Source: Candidatus Poribacteria bacterium (lineage in GTDB: Bacteria; Poribacteria; WGA-4E; PCPOR2b). Taken from it: a stretch of 64,000 bases of DNA. The first letter of the stretch is position 1, and every line of letters begins with the position of its first letter. Both the position numbers and the translations under genes were made by a program. The stretch is taken from NCBI GenBank assembly GCA_965218095.1, contig OZ244587.1, positions 6,176,001 to 6,240,000 on the forward strand, written 5' to 3'. Under the pieces are notes generated by a model. That model saw only the letters and a program-made list of their open reading frames with translations, made no database searches and was not told the DNA's origin. Shown here one piece after another: positions 10,124 to 20,148 of the stretch.

Positions 10124-11272
10124 TTATGCCTGATACCCGCCCGTGTTGAATAATACAATCCTTTCCGCCGGATCGATCTCCCCGGCATCAACAAACTTGC
10201 GGAGTCCCGCGACAGTTGCTGCCCCTTCAGGACACGGCAGGATGCCTTCAGACGTCGCCAAAGTTCCCATTGCCTGTCGGATTTCATCATCGGTGACGGC
10301 GACCGCAGCCCCACGGCTCTGATAAATGACATCGAGGATTAGGAAATCGCCGACAGCTTGTGGCACACGCAAGCCTGCCGCCACTGTTTTCGCATTCTCC
10401 CACGGATTGGCTTCTGTCTTGCCTTCTTCCCACGCCTTGACGATTGGGGCGCAGCCGGTCGCTTGTACGGAGATCATGCGTGGACGTTTCCCACCAATAC
10501 ACCCGATGGCTTCCAACTCTTGAAATCCCTTCCACATCCCGATAATCCCTGTGCCGCCGCCCGTTGGGTAGATGATAACGTCCGGAAGTTCCCACCCGAA
10601 TTGTTCCGCGAGCTCGAACCCCATTGTCTTTTTTCCCTCAACGCGGTAAGGTTCTTTGAGTGTGGAGATGTCGAACCAGCCTGCTTCCGCCTTGCGCTCG
10701 GCAACAATTTTTCCTGCATCCGTAATCAATCCATCAATGAGAGTGACGTTGGCGCCTGCCAGTTGGCAGGTATTCCGATTGAACGGTGGGGCATCCTTGG
10801 GCATGAAAATGTGCGCCTCCATTCCTGCCCTTGCCGCGTAGATCGATAGCGCCGTCGCTGCGTTGCCAGCGGAAGGGATTGCGAGTTTTGTCAATCCGAA
10901 TTCTTTCGCCTTGGAAACCGCTATTGCCAGTCCACGCGCCTTAAAGCTCCCTGTCGGCAGACGGGACTCATCCTTCACCCACAAGGCTTCCAGTCCGAAT
11001 AGATCGCCGATCCATTTGGTTTGAAGGAGTGGCGTCATCAACTCGTTGAGGGAAACAGTATGGATCGGATCGATCACCGGAAGGAGTTCTGCGTACCGCC
11101 ACATTGATGCCTCACGCTGCGAGAGAGAAGATCTATCCCATGTTCGGGCAATTTTGTCCAGATCATAACGCGCAAACAGGGGCTTACCACACGTCACGCA
11201 CAGATTCTGTGGGACATCGTGTTCGTAGGTTTGGGCGCAGCGGCTGCATTCGAGGTGGGTCAAATAATTCAT
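10124..11272 (-). CDS. thrC: threonine synthase
   Basis: Zn-ribbon N-terminus, PTGSFKARG PLP lysine, SAGNAA, EGKKT, PTGGG; last residues possibly frameshifted. Confidence 0.92.
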   Translation of the reverse strand: MNYLTHLECSRCAQTYEHDVPQNLCVTCGKPLFARYDLDKIARTWDRSSLSQREASMWRYAELLPVIDPIHTVSLNELMTPLLQTKWIGDLFGLEALWVKDESRLPTGSFKARGLAIAVSKAKEFGLTKLAIPSAGNAATALSIYAARAGMEAHIFMPKDAPPFNRNTCQLAGANVTLIDGLITDAGKIVAERKAEAGWFDISTLKEPYRVEGKKTMGFELAEQFGWELPDVIIYPTGGGTGIIGMWKGFQELEAIGCIGGKRPRMISVQATGCAPIVKAWEEGKTEANPWENAKTVAAGLRVPQAVGDFLILDVIYQSRGAAVAVTDDEIRQAMGTLATSEGILPCPEGAATVAGLRKFVDAGEIDPAERIVLFNTGGYQA

Positions 11273-12183
11273 AGTTTACCCAAAAGTTTCAGGATCAACC
11301 CTTTCATGCTGTGAAGTCGGTTTTCTGCCTGTTCAAACACGATTGACCGTGGGTCCTCAATAATATCTCCAGTGATCTCGTAGCCGCGGTGGGCAGGGAG
11401 ATCGTGCATGACCAGCACATCTCGTCCTGCTAAGAGTTCCTTATTCAACTGATAAGGCATAAACACTTTGATGCGTCGCTCCTTTTCAGCCTTGAAAGCC
11501 GCATCCATGAAGAATTCCATATCGATCCATGTGTCTGTATAAACAACATCACTTTGTGCAATAGCTTCTTGGACCTGATCCGATACCTTATACGAGCCCG
11601 CTTTACGTGCCGCTTCATAGAGTTCTTCATCGACTGCTGCGGGATTAATCTCTGGTGCAACGACAGTCACTTCCATACCTGTCTTCAGTCCTGCCGCAAT
11701 CAGCGAATTGCAAACGTTATTATGCACGCTCACATAGGTGAGTTTGACCCCTTCCATACGTCCGAACTTCTCCTGTATGGTCATCAGATCGCCCAACACC
11801 TGCGTCGGGTGATAGCGATCACAACACCCATTGATGACAGGAACGGTCGCCCCCTCGGCTGCACACACCACGTCCGCATGTTTTAGAAAACGTGCAAGGA
11901 TGGCGTCCACATAAGAAGACAGCACTCGGATTTCATCCCGTAAATCTGCCAGAGCAAAATTGGTAGCTTGCCAGTCGAGATAGATTGCATGTCCTCCCAA
12001 TTGCGTCATACCGACTTCACCGGAACAACGCGTTCGAGTAGAGGTTTTCTGAAAAAGCAAGGCGAGGCTGCGTCCATTCAGCGCATTTGCATATCGCTCT
12101 GGATTGTTTTTGATCGCGATGCTACGCTCGACAACCTCAATGACATCTTCTGTGGGCCAGTTTTTCAGTGAAATGAAATCCAT
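11269..12183 (-). CDS. argF: ornithine carbamoyltransferase
   Basis: STRT, HPTQ, YTDTW, HDLP (variant of HCLP), QAENR. Confidence 0.9.
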   Translation of the reverse strand: MDFISLKNWPTEDVIEVVERSIAIKNNPERYANALNGRSLALLFQKTSTRTRCSGEVGMTQLGGHAIYLDWQATNFALADLRDEIRVLSSYVDAILARFLKHADVVCAAEGATVPVINGCCDRYHPTQVLGDLMTIQEKFGRMEGVKLTYVSVHNNVCNSLIAAGLKTGMEVTVVAPEINPAAVDEELYEAARKAGSYKVSDQVQEAIAQSDVVYTDTWIDMEFFMDAAFKAEKERRIKVFMPYQLNKELLAGRDVLVMHDLPAHRGYEITGDIIEDPRSIVFEQAENRLHSMKGLILKLLGKL

Positions 12184-12207
12184 GATAGCTCCCTGAGAAA
12201 AATCGTT

Positions 12208-12247
12208 TGAAGGTCATGATTATACTGTATGACCTTCACCATGTCAA
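12208..12247 (-). promoter_or_regulatory. consensus sigma70 promoter of argF-thrC overlapped by a perfect inverted repeat
   Basis: Minus strand TTGACA-17-TATAAT (12247..12219); TGAAGGTCAT-N11-ATGACCTTCA at 12208-12238. Confidence 0.8.
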
Positions 12248-12373
12248 GCGGAATGACAGCACAAAACGCTTGACGCCAACACAGACTTCTGCGAAAATAG
12301 ATGCGTCCATGATTGTCGTCTTTCCATCGCTCAAGGTATCTGATGCACAGCCTATTATCTTACGGACTTATCA

Positions 12374-12664
12374 ATGAATCCAATAAAACTCCAGCTTTAC
12401 ACCAAATCCGAATGTTCTCTTTGCGACAAAGCCAAGGAAGTCCTTGAACAAGTCGGGGAACAGTTTCCGATACAGATTGAGGAGATTGACATCACGGCGA
12501 ACCTGGGGCTGTTTACGAAATATAAAGATCTCATCCCTGCGCTTGAGATGGAAGGGAAACGATTGTTTGTCCATCGGATCAATGTGAGCGTCCTTAAGCG
12601 AAAACTGGTGTGGCGGCGGTGGCGTCAGCGTTTTATAGATAAGGGATGGGTGTCAAATAAATGA
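12374..12664 (+). CDS. glutaredoxin-like protein (DUF836)
   Basis: LYTKSECSLCDKAK, EEIDI, KYKDLIPAL. Confidence 0.85.
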   Translation: MNPIKLQLYTKSECSLCDKAKEVLEQVGEQFPIQIEEIDITANLGLFTKYKDLIPALEMEGKRLFVHRINVSVLKRKLVWRRWRQRFIDKGWVSNK

Positions 12665-13494
12665 TCCAAAAACAGTTCATCTGCCTTACCCTTTTTTTGC
12701 CCCTCTCGGTTTCCTCTGGTGCTTGCCGAATGCCAATAGTGCATTTGAGCGAGCCCCACTCGTTCCACAAATCTCGGCAAGGGGTGGAACAAGCGTCGGC
12801 TGGCCGGAAGAGAACGCCGCTTTCCTCTGGAATCCTGCGGTGAAAGTATCGTCCCGTGCAGCCCTCTTAACAGCCTACTCACAGCCATTCGGTATTGATG
12901 ATCTCGCTGAGGGAATACTGAACTATAGTCACACTGTTACGGACGACAGCTCGCTTGGGTTGAGTTGGTGCCGTTTTCGTACAACCGGTTATCACGAAGA
13001 TCGCCGATCCGCTGCTGTTAGCTATGGGAATCGGATTGGGCGTGCAGGCGTGCGGTTAGATCTTTTCGGACTTGGAATCGATAGATTCGGCAGCCGAACC
13101 GCGTTGGGCGTGAGCGTCGGCGGTTTATGGAAGGTCAACCCAAACTTGCGGGTGGGAATCACATTTGACTCGCTGAATCGCCCGAAAATCCCAAACCCGC
13201 TAGCACGAAATGTTGCCTTTGGGGTTGGGGTGAAGGTGACGCCGGATTTACTGCTTTTCGTAGACTTGCGGGGAGAGACTAATGTCGATGTCCAGATACT
13301 TGCCGGCGGCGAATTATCCATCGATCGGTATTTTGTGCTGCGGGCAGGGGTGCACAATCAGCCGTGGGAAGCAGCCGTGGGAAGTTACGGCAGGATGGGG
13401 GCTTCGCATCCAATCCATCGAGATTGATTACGCTTGGGTGAATCACTCCAGCTTGGACGGAACGCACCAGATTTCTATCGGTTGGATCTTTTGA
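12661..13494 (+). pseudogene. PorV/PorQ-like outer-membrane beta-barrel, two frameshifts
   Basis: Signal peptide, ISARGG..NAAFLWNPA, alternating beta strands, terminal IDYAWVNHSSLDGTHQISIGWIF; breaks at T7 run 12692-12698 and a 13-bp duplication 13359-13384. Confidence 0.65.
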
Positions 13495-13524
13495 GGAGTC
13501 CTCAATCGATTCGCCAAATTCGAT

Positions 13525-13553
13525 TTGACACGCCTATGAATTTGTGATAGACT
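13525..13553 (+). promoter_or_regulatory. sigma70-type promoter
   Basis: TTGACA-17-TAGACT. Confidence 0.6.
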
Positions 13554-13630
13554 TTGCGTCACAAACATAATTATATCAACCAAAAGCGTGTATCGAAGCA
13601 CAACATCAAATGTTCTAAGGAGGTTACTTG

Positions 13631-14098
13631 ATGGCAGATGTAGGAAATTCTGCTCCTGATTTTACACTTACAGGATCTATCAGCTCAGAGGATACAGAGG
13701 TCTCTTTGAGCGACTTTGAGGGAAAGAATCTGGTGGTGGTATTTTATCCGCTTGATTTCTCGCCGGTATGTTCGGTACAGATTCCCGATTTTAACGAAAA
13801 GGTCAATGAAATTCGGGCGAAAAATGCTGACATCATCGCGATTAACCGCGACTCTGGGTTTGCACATAAAGCCTGGAGCGAACATCTCGGCGGTGTTAAG
13901 TTCCCGCTCTTGTCTGATATGAACCTTGAGGTATCGAAGAAGTTTGGAATGGCGCTTGAAGAGGTGGGGATCACCAACCGCGGCGTTATCATTATCGATA
14001 AGACAGGCAAGATTGCTTTCAAGCATGCTGAAGCTGCACCACCGGATAACACGCTTGCGGTAAATCAGGTACTGAGTGAACTCGATAAATTGAATTAG
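13631..14098 (+). CDS. peroxiredoxin (AhpC/TSA, AhpE-like 1-Cys)
   Basis: APDFTL, FYPLDFSPVC, FPLLSD; RBS AAGGAGG. Confidence 0.92.
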   Translation: MADVGNSAPDFTLTGSISSEDTEVSLSDFEGKNLVVVFYPLDFSPVCSVQIPDFNEKVNEIRAKNADIIAINRDSGFAHKAWSEHLGGVKFPLLSDMNLEVSKKFGMALEEVGITNRGVIIIDKTGKIAFKHAEAAPPDNTLAVNQVLSELDKLN

Positions 14099-14418
14099 AC
14101 CAAAATTCCAAAAAGATGTAATGGTCAAATACATCTTGCAGGAAAGTGAACTGATAAACTCAATTCACTGTGGATTATGGGAATAATGGAAATGTCACGT
14201 TCTCCATAATTCGTATAATTTCCAGTGAATCTCGCCGTATTCAACATGTTGTTGACCAATACACTTTTTTCACTTTAACATGCTGTTGCCCAATACAGAA
14301 ATTCCAAAAAGACTTTAGAAACAACACAAGATGAGCTTCAGAGATGCGTTCTTTGAGGCTCGTTTTTCATTTGAACGTCTGTATTTCCCACACCTTAATG
14401 ATGAAAGGAGAGCCACGC

Positions 14419-14908
14419 GTGACGAAACCGACTATCCATCCACAAACAGCCATCGATCATGTTCATCTCAATGTCTCCGACTTGGATCGGGCAGAGCGTT
14501 TTTATACACAGATCCTCGGCTTTGAGGTGACGGCGCGTTTCGGCGATGAGGTGGTGGTCGGCAAGCGGGTATCATCATCACATTGCGATCAATACGTGGG
14601 AAGGCAAGGACGCGAAACTTCGTCCGCCGGGGACAACGGGACTGTACCACTTCGCCATCTTGCTGCCGAACCGTCTGGAATTGGCAAAAGTGGTCAAGCG
14701 CGTGATTAATCACGGGGTCAAGATTGACGGGGCATCAGATCATACGGTCAGCGAGGCAGTCTACTTAAGCGATCCGGATGGCAATGGAGTTGAGCTTTGC
14801 GTTGATCGCGATCCGAGTCAGTGGATTGATCAAGAAGGTAACATTCTGCTGACCGTCGAACCGCTTGATCTGGATTCGCTGCTGAGTGAACTAGACACAG
14901 CACAGTGA
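14419..14908 (+). pseudogene. VOC-family (CatE-like glyoxalase/dioxygenase) gene, frameshifted near 14556
   Basis: IDHVHLNVSDLDRAERFY in one frame; GYHHHIAINTW, GLYHFA, DHTVSEAVYLSDPDGNGVE in the next. Confidence 0.85.
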
Positions 14909-14963
14909 ACGGGACAATCCGTGAGTTAAGGGATTATTAACAGAGTCCCTCAACCTAGTACGA

Positions 14964-15305
14964 CTATCCATCGCCTTGTTTTTCTTTTGCCTTCGTGATT
15001 CTCCTCAGAAAAACCTGCATCTCCTTCGCGGTCTGCAGATCACCCCGTCCGTTAGCAATTTCGATCCCTTGCCGATAGGTCTGCGTCGCTTCATCGGTGA
15101 ATCCTGCCTGCGCAAGCGCTTTCCCAAGTTCACGATAGGCTGCCGAATAGTCCCCTTGCAGACGAATCGCTTCGCGCAAGGGAGGAATTGCTCTCTCCGG
15201 ATCGCCGCCCTTCAGGTATTCCAGACCGAGGCTATACTGTAACAGCGCATCATCCGGCTGCATCTTAAGTAGTTCTTCAAGCTGCTGAATGCGGTCGTTA
15301 TCCAT
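14964..15305 (-). CDS. small tetratricopeptide-repeat protein
   Basis: PDDALLQYSLGLEY, YSAAYRELGKAL, GDLQTAKEM; RBS AAGGAG. Confidence 0.85.
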   Translation of the reverse strand: MDNDRIQQLEELLKMQPDDALLQYSLGLEYLKGGDPERAIPPLREAIRLQGDYSAAYRELGKALAQAGFTDEATQTYRQGIEIANGRGDLQTAKEMQVFLRRITKAKEKQGDG

Positions 15306-15351
15306 GACGTGCACTCCTTTTATGAGAGATCGGTTTGCGTCGTAAACCTTT

Positions 15352-16483
15352 TTAGTTTCGCTTGAGCACTCCCCAAAGGATAAGGCGTTTACCCTCGGGA
15401 GTCATCGTGCCTCGTGTCTGAATAATTGCAGATTGAGACATTGAACCATTGAAAGCAACATCCTCAATATAGTAGTAATAGATAGTCCCTGCTTCGACGT
15501 CAGTATCTGTAAGTTCATAGGTGTGTGACGTTCCTGATGTGCCGGCGCCACCAATCATGACGGGATTGACTCGAACATATTCCCCATCACGCTGGTCGCT
15601 GCGGTAGATCCGGAATCCAAGGTTATTGGTTTCTGACTCGGTTTTCCAGTGCAGGAGTATGCCTGCTTCGGTAGTTGTTGCTGTAAACAGGGACAATTCA
15701 ACGGGGAGGGAGGCATCGCTATTGGGAGCAAAATAGAATTGATTGAATTCGGCTCCACTCCGGGCGGTGCTACCTGGTGTGTGAATCGCCATAAAACTAA
15801 AATACCCATTATCAAAATTCGTGTAGGTACTATCTATCACACTTCCGTGATTAACAGCCGTATTTGTTTGACTCGGAATATCCGTTGCAGCTACAACGGT
15901 TCCGTTTGCCGTCGGTAAAGTAGATGTGAAAAGCGTCCACTCAGATGCGCTTGTTCGGGTCACTCGGACAAGAAAACCGATATCCGCTAACCCGTTAGGC
16001 ACTGCCCCTGAGGGTGTTAGGATGTCAGTCGCAACACCGTTATCCACTTTTTGTAAACGGATTTCATCGTCACCACTACTATCCCCAAATATAATTCGAT
16101 AGCCATCAACCGTATTCGATTCTAAGTTTGTTTCATTTGCAAACAACCAAACAATGCTATGATTCGTGGTCGTAGCGGCTGATGACGATCTCCTACCCAC
16201 CCAAACTCCCCACGATTGTTCGGTCCCACGAATCGGTTCTTTGAAGGCTTAAAAACTGTGAAGTGGATCCATCATTAGGTGCATTCAATCGTAACGTGTT
16301 CGAACCGGTAGTGTTTGGCCCAGAAGTGCTGTTCTCAACGATTGTCCACGAGCCTGTGTCTCCTCCCCATGTCGGATTGTTCGTAAAGTCGCCGTCACTG
16401 AAAGAATCGACAATTTGTCCCGATGCCGTTGTGTTCATCACCACGATGCTGGAAATTAGAAGCCAAAAACCAATCTTTTTCAT
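15352..16483 (-). pseudogene. secreted protein with FCB-type domains and C-terminal GKxxxLWG tail, frameshifted near 16225
   Basis: Signal peptide MKKIGFWLL, DSFSDGDFTNNPTWGGD, LPVELSLFTA..LHWKTESETNNLGFRIYRS, end PEGKRLILWGVLKRN. Confidence 0.75.
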
Positions 16484-16535
16484 TTCTCCCTCCTTATAGT
16501 TTCGGTAAAAGTCCGGTTGGGTAAAACTGAAGTTG

Positions 16536-16564
16536 ATTATAAAGCAATCTGAATTCCATGTCAA
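16536..16564 (-). promoter_or_regulatory. consensus sigma70 promoter
   Basis: Minus strand TTGACA-17-TATAAT. Confidence 0.75.
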
Positions 16565-16682
16565 GCCTGTTTTTGAAACAAGCCAAACGAGTTCTTGACT
16601 TTACCATATGTTGTCTGATACAATACTATTAAATATTTCGCGCGCGCAGATGTTTCTTGGTGCACTTGATTGGGGCAAACAG

Positions 16683-18158
16683 ATGTTTTTCAAGCGTCAA
16701 AGGACCGTTCCCACCGGCTACGCTGCCTCTAATTTCTTGCTCACCTACTTCATTATTGGGCTGCTGATCCTTTCGCTTGCCTTTGTGTATTACACCCGAC
16801 AAATCCTCCAACTGAATCAAGACTTGAAGGAACAGGTAGTACCGTTGGCAGACCTTGCGGCTGAACTTCCGGGCGTCAACGAGAGGCGACTCCAAAGCCA
16901 GTTGAGTCAGATCATCAGGGAGTTGTTGACTGCAAGCCGTCTCTCATTCATCATCACAGATGCCAATGATGGGCAGGTGATTATCGCGAGACGCATCAAT
17001 AAAGCGATTGAGCACAAGATTGAAGCTGACCTCCCGCTCTCTCCTGCTGAAGAATCGAAGCTTAACGCGATTTTGGCGCGGATGAAGGAGCGCAGAGAAC
17101 GTAAGCCGATACAGTTTTATCGGGACACCTCCGGGTATTGCTATTATGGCGAGGTGGATTCAAGTGCGATTGAGCAGATGCCCTTTGTCATCACGGATTC
17201 AGAAGACAAGCCTCGGAAGTGGCAGATCTGGGGAGAGTTAGTCTCAGCACAGAACGCCACGCCAAAACAGCGAGCGCAAGCGGAGATGCTTGTCCGCAAT
17301 TCCAAAGTCTTGGGGCTTTACACCCCACTGCAAACCGGGCTGTATCAGGGATATCTCTATTACGAGACGACCCCTGATTATCGCTTTATCGTGATGCCTA
17401 TCGTACTGGTATCCGTCTTTGCAACGTTCTTGATTGTCGGCTTTTTGAGTTATCGACGGATTAAAACCTTTGAGCAGGCATCGATCTGGGGCGGACTTGC
17501 AAAGGAGACCGCGCATCAACTCGGCACACCGATCTCGTCACTGATGGGGTGGGTGGAGTTATCAGCAGAGCTCAACAAGCAAAAGGGAGACGAAACAACT
17601 GCCGAAGTTTACGCAAATATGCAGAGCGATCTCGCTCGACTCCAGAGCATTACAGAACGCTTCGGCAAAATTGGATCGTATCCACAGAAAACTCGGATCA
17701 ATATTAACTCAGTTATTGGTGATGTCGTTGCCTACTTTCAAAAGCGCTTGCCAAATCGAAGCAAACAGGTTGAAATCCGAGTGGTTTCCCATGAGCTGCC
17801 CGAGATTTTGGCAAATGCAGACCTATTACAATGGGTCTTTGAAAACCTGATTCGCAATTCGCTGGACGCAATGGATAAAGACACCGGCTGCATCGAAATT
17901 GATGCGCGGTTTGATCAGAAGAAGTATCAAATCGCAATTCTGTACAAAGATGATGGGAAAGGGATTGCGCGAAAAGACCGGAATAAAATCTTTCAGCCCG
18001 GCATGACAACGAAAAGACACGGCTGGGGACTCGGTTTGACGCTTGTTAAACGAATTATTGAAGCGTATCATCATGGACGGATTCGGTTAGTTGAGACCGG
18101 CCCGCAGGGGACAACCTTCGAAATTGTGTTGCCCGTGGAAACAGTTATGGCAGGGTGA
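16683..18158 (+). CDS. membrane sensor histidine kinase
   Basis: Two TM helices, AKETAHQLGTP H-box, ENLIRNSLDA, DDGKGI, GWGLGL; start uncertain, TTGACT-18-TACAAT lies upstream. Confidence 0.92.
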   Translation: MFFKRQRTVPTGYAASNFLLTYFIIGLLILSLAFVYYTRQILQLNQDLKEQVVPLADLAAELPGVNERRLQSQLSQIIRELLTASRLSFIITDANDGQVIIARRINKAIEHKIEADLPLSPAEESKLNAILARMKERRERKPIQFYRDTSGYCYYGEVDSSAIEQMPFVITDSEDKPRKWQIWGELVSAQNATPKQRAQAEMLVRNSKVLGLYTPLQTGLYQGYLYYETTPDYRFIVMPIVLVSVFATFLIVGFLSYRRIKTFEQASIWGGLAKETAHQLGTPISSLMGWVELSAELNKQKGDETTAEVYANMQSDLARLQSITERFGKIGSYPQKTRININSVIGDVVAYFQKRLPNRSKQVEIRVVSHELPEILANADLLQWVFENLIRNSLDAMDKDTGCIEIDARFDQKKYQIAILYKDDGKGIARKDRNKIFQPGMTTKRHGWGLGLTLVKRIIEAYHHGRIRLVETGPQGTTFEIVLPVETVMAG

Positions 18159-18237
18159 GCAGAAGGCCCCTTGATGAAAAGTTCATTTTATAATTCATTG
18201 CGTGTGGGATTAGAAGGGATAAAGAAAGGAGGGCGGC

Positions 18238-19806
18238 GTGCAAAACATAACGCATAAAATCTTATGGATTGACGACGAAATCGACGCACTGAAGCCCCAC
18301 ATCTTTCTCCTTCGTGAAAATTCTTACGAAGTTACGCCTGTTTCCAATGGGGACGACGCAATTTCGCTACTCAAGGACTCCTATTACGACGCAATCCTGC
18401 TAGATCAGGTTATGCCGGGCCAGGATGGTATGACCACGCTCGATTACATCCGTGAAATTGACCCTATCGTACCCGTTATCATGGTCACGCAAAGCAGTGA
18501 CGATCAACTAATCACTGAAGCATTGGCGAAACGGATTAGCGACTTTCTGGTTAAGCCGATTGGCGTTGCTCAGATTGCTTCAACATTGAGGCGTGTGCTA
18601 GATCAAACCAAAATTATTGAAGGACAGGTGCCACGTAACTATACCCGCGATTTTAATCAGATCCGAACTGACAAAGAGACAGGGCCAGACTGGCGGAAGT
18701 GGATAGAAATTTACGTCAAATTACTCGAATGGGATTTCGAGTTTGATCAATTGGCACAGACTGGACTCGAAGAGACGCATTTAGAGCAGAAAAAAGAGTG
18801 TAATGCCTTATTTTCCGATTATGTTCACGAAAACTACACACGCTGGTTACAAGGCGAGGATTCTCCAATCCTGTCTGTTGATGTGGTAGATCGATTTCTC
18901 ATTCCCCATCTACGTGAAAAACGACAGGTGTATTTTATTGTCGTCGATTGTCTGCGTCTCGATCATTGGATAGCAATTGAACCACTGCTTCAACCCTATT
19001 TTTATATCGATCGGGATTACTATTTTTCGATTTTGCCGAGTGCGACGCTTTACTCGCGTAATGCGCTTTTTAGCGGGCTCTTTCCACAGGAGATTGCAGA
19101 AAGATTTCCACAATATTGGCAGGAGGACTCTGAGGATGAGACCAGCACCAACCGGTATGAAAGACACCTCCTTCGGTTGAAACTCCAACGTGCGGGGATC
19201 AAACTCAAGCCGGGATTGAGGTATTTTAAGATTTTCGATGTCAAAGGCGGAAACGAGTTTATACGCCAGGTTTCTTCCTTTGATCGAATCAGTTTATCGG
19301 CTTTGGTCGTTAATTTCATTGATATATTGACGCATCAACGTTCGCAGTCAGATATTCTTCAACAGATTGCGCCGGACGAATCCGCCTTTCAGTCTCTGAC
19401 CAAATCGTGGTTTGCCCACTCTGCGCTTTTCGAAATCTTGAAAATCATCGCCAATCAAAACGCAACCGTCGTCCTAACATCAGATCACGGTTCCATCCTT
19501 TGTAACCGACCGTCGAGAGCTTTTGGGAACCGCGAAACTTCCACAAGCCTTCGTTTCAAGGTTGGCATGAATTTAGGATGCGATATGAATCAAGCTGTTT
19601 ATATTGATAAGCCGAAGCAGTATAGATTATCTGCAGAAAGCCCAAGCAAAAACTACATTATAGCAAAGGAAAATTATTACTTTGTTTATCCGAATCAATT
19701 TAATGAATATACACGACAATTTCGAGGTGGCTTCCAACATGGGGGCATCTCGACGGGGGAATTAATTATACCAGTTGTCACAATGACTCCGCGCGAACAA
19801 AGCTAA
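18238..19806 (+). CDS. PorX-like response regulator (receiver + PglZ/alkaline-phosphatase domain)
   Basis: ILWIDDE, LLDQVMPG, VVDCLRLDHW, SILPSATLYSRNALFSG, TSDHGS, FQHGGIS. Confidence 0.9.
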   Translation: MQNITHKILWIDDEIDALKPHIFLLRENSYEVTPVSNGDDAISLLKDSYYDAILLDQVMPGQDGMTTLDYIREIDPIVPVIMVTQSSDDQLITEALAKRISDFLVKPIGVAQIASTLRRVLDQTKIIEGQVPRNYTRDFNQIRTDKETGPDWRKWIEIYVKLLEWDFEFDQLAQTGLEETHLEQKKECNALFSDYVHENYTRWLQGEDSPILSVDVVDRFLIPHLREKRQVYFIVVDCLRLDHWIAIEPLLQPYFYIDRDYYFSILPSATLYSRNALFSGLFPQEIAERFPQYWQEDSEDETSTNRYERHLLRLKLQRAGIKLKPGLRYFKIFDVKGGNEFIRQVSSFDRISLSALVVNFIDILTHQRSQSDILQQIAPDESAFQSLTKSWFAHSALFEILKIIANQNATVVLTSDHGSILCNRPSRAFGNRETSTSLRFKVGMNLGCDMNQAVYIDKPKQYRLSAESPSKNYIIAKENYYFVYPNQFNEYTRQFRGGFQHGGISTGELIIPVVTMTPREQS

Positions 19807-20148
19807 GGTCTCAAGTGAGTTTAGTCCAGTTATGAAGTGAATTTATCGAGACAGTTGTACAATCTTTCAATACAGCAGAAGCGTTTTTGACACTGAGGAT
19901 ACGCAGGAAAGAAGCAAAGAGGAGAGGATGGTTCATTTTCTGCAAGGTTTAGGTTTACACTTTCAAAGCCTCAAAAAAGACAGAGCAGATGGACAGGGGA
20001 GCAGGTGCTTGCATCCCTCAATTGAAAGGTTGTTCTTTGATACCCTCTGAACCCGATTGTTTTGTTCGTTGCCTCCACAGATGAATCAATTGTGAGTCTT
20101 GTGATGTCGAATTTTAATTACCCTGGAACTATAAGACCGGAGGCGACA

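Noticed and set aside
10099-10145. thrC as a pseudogene
   Set aside because: A possible frameshift affects only the last few residues; the recognisable catalytic motifs upstream are intact
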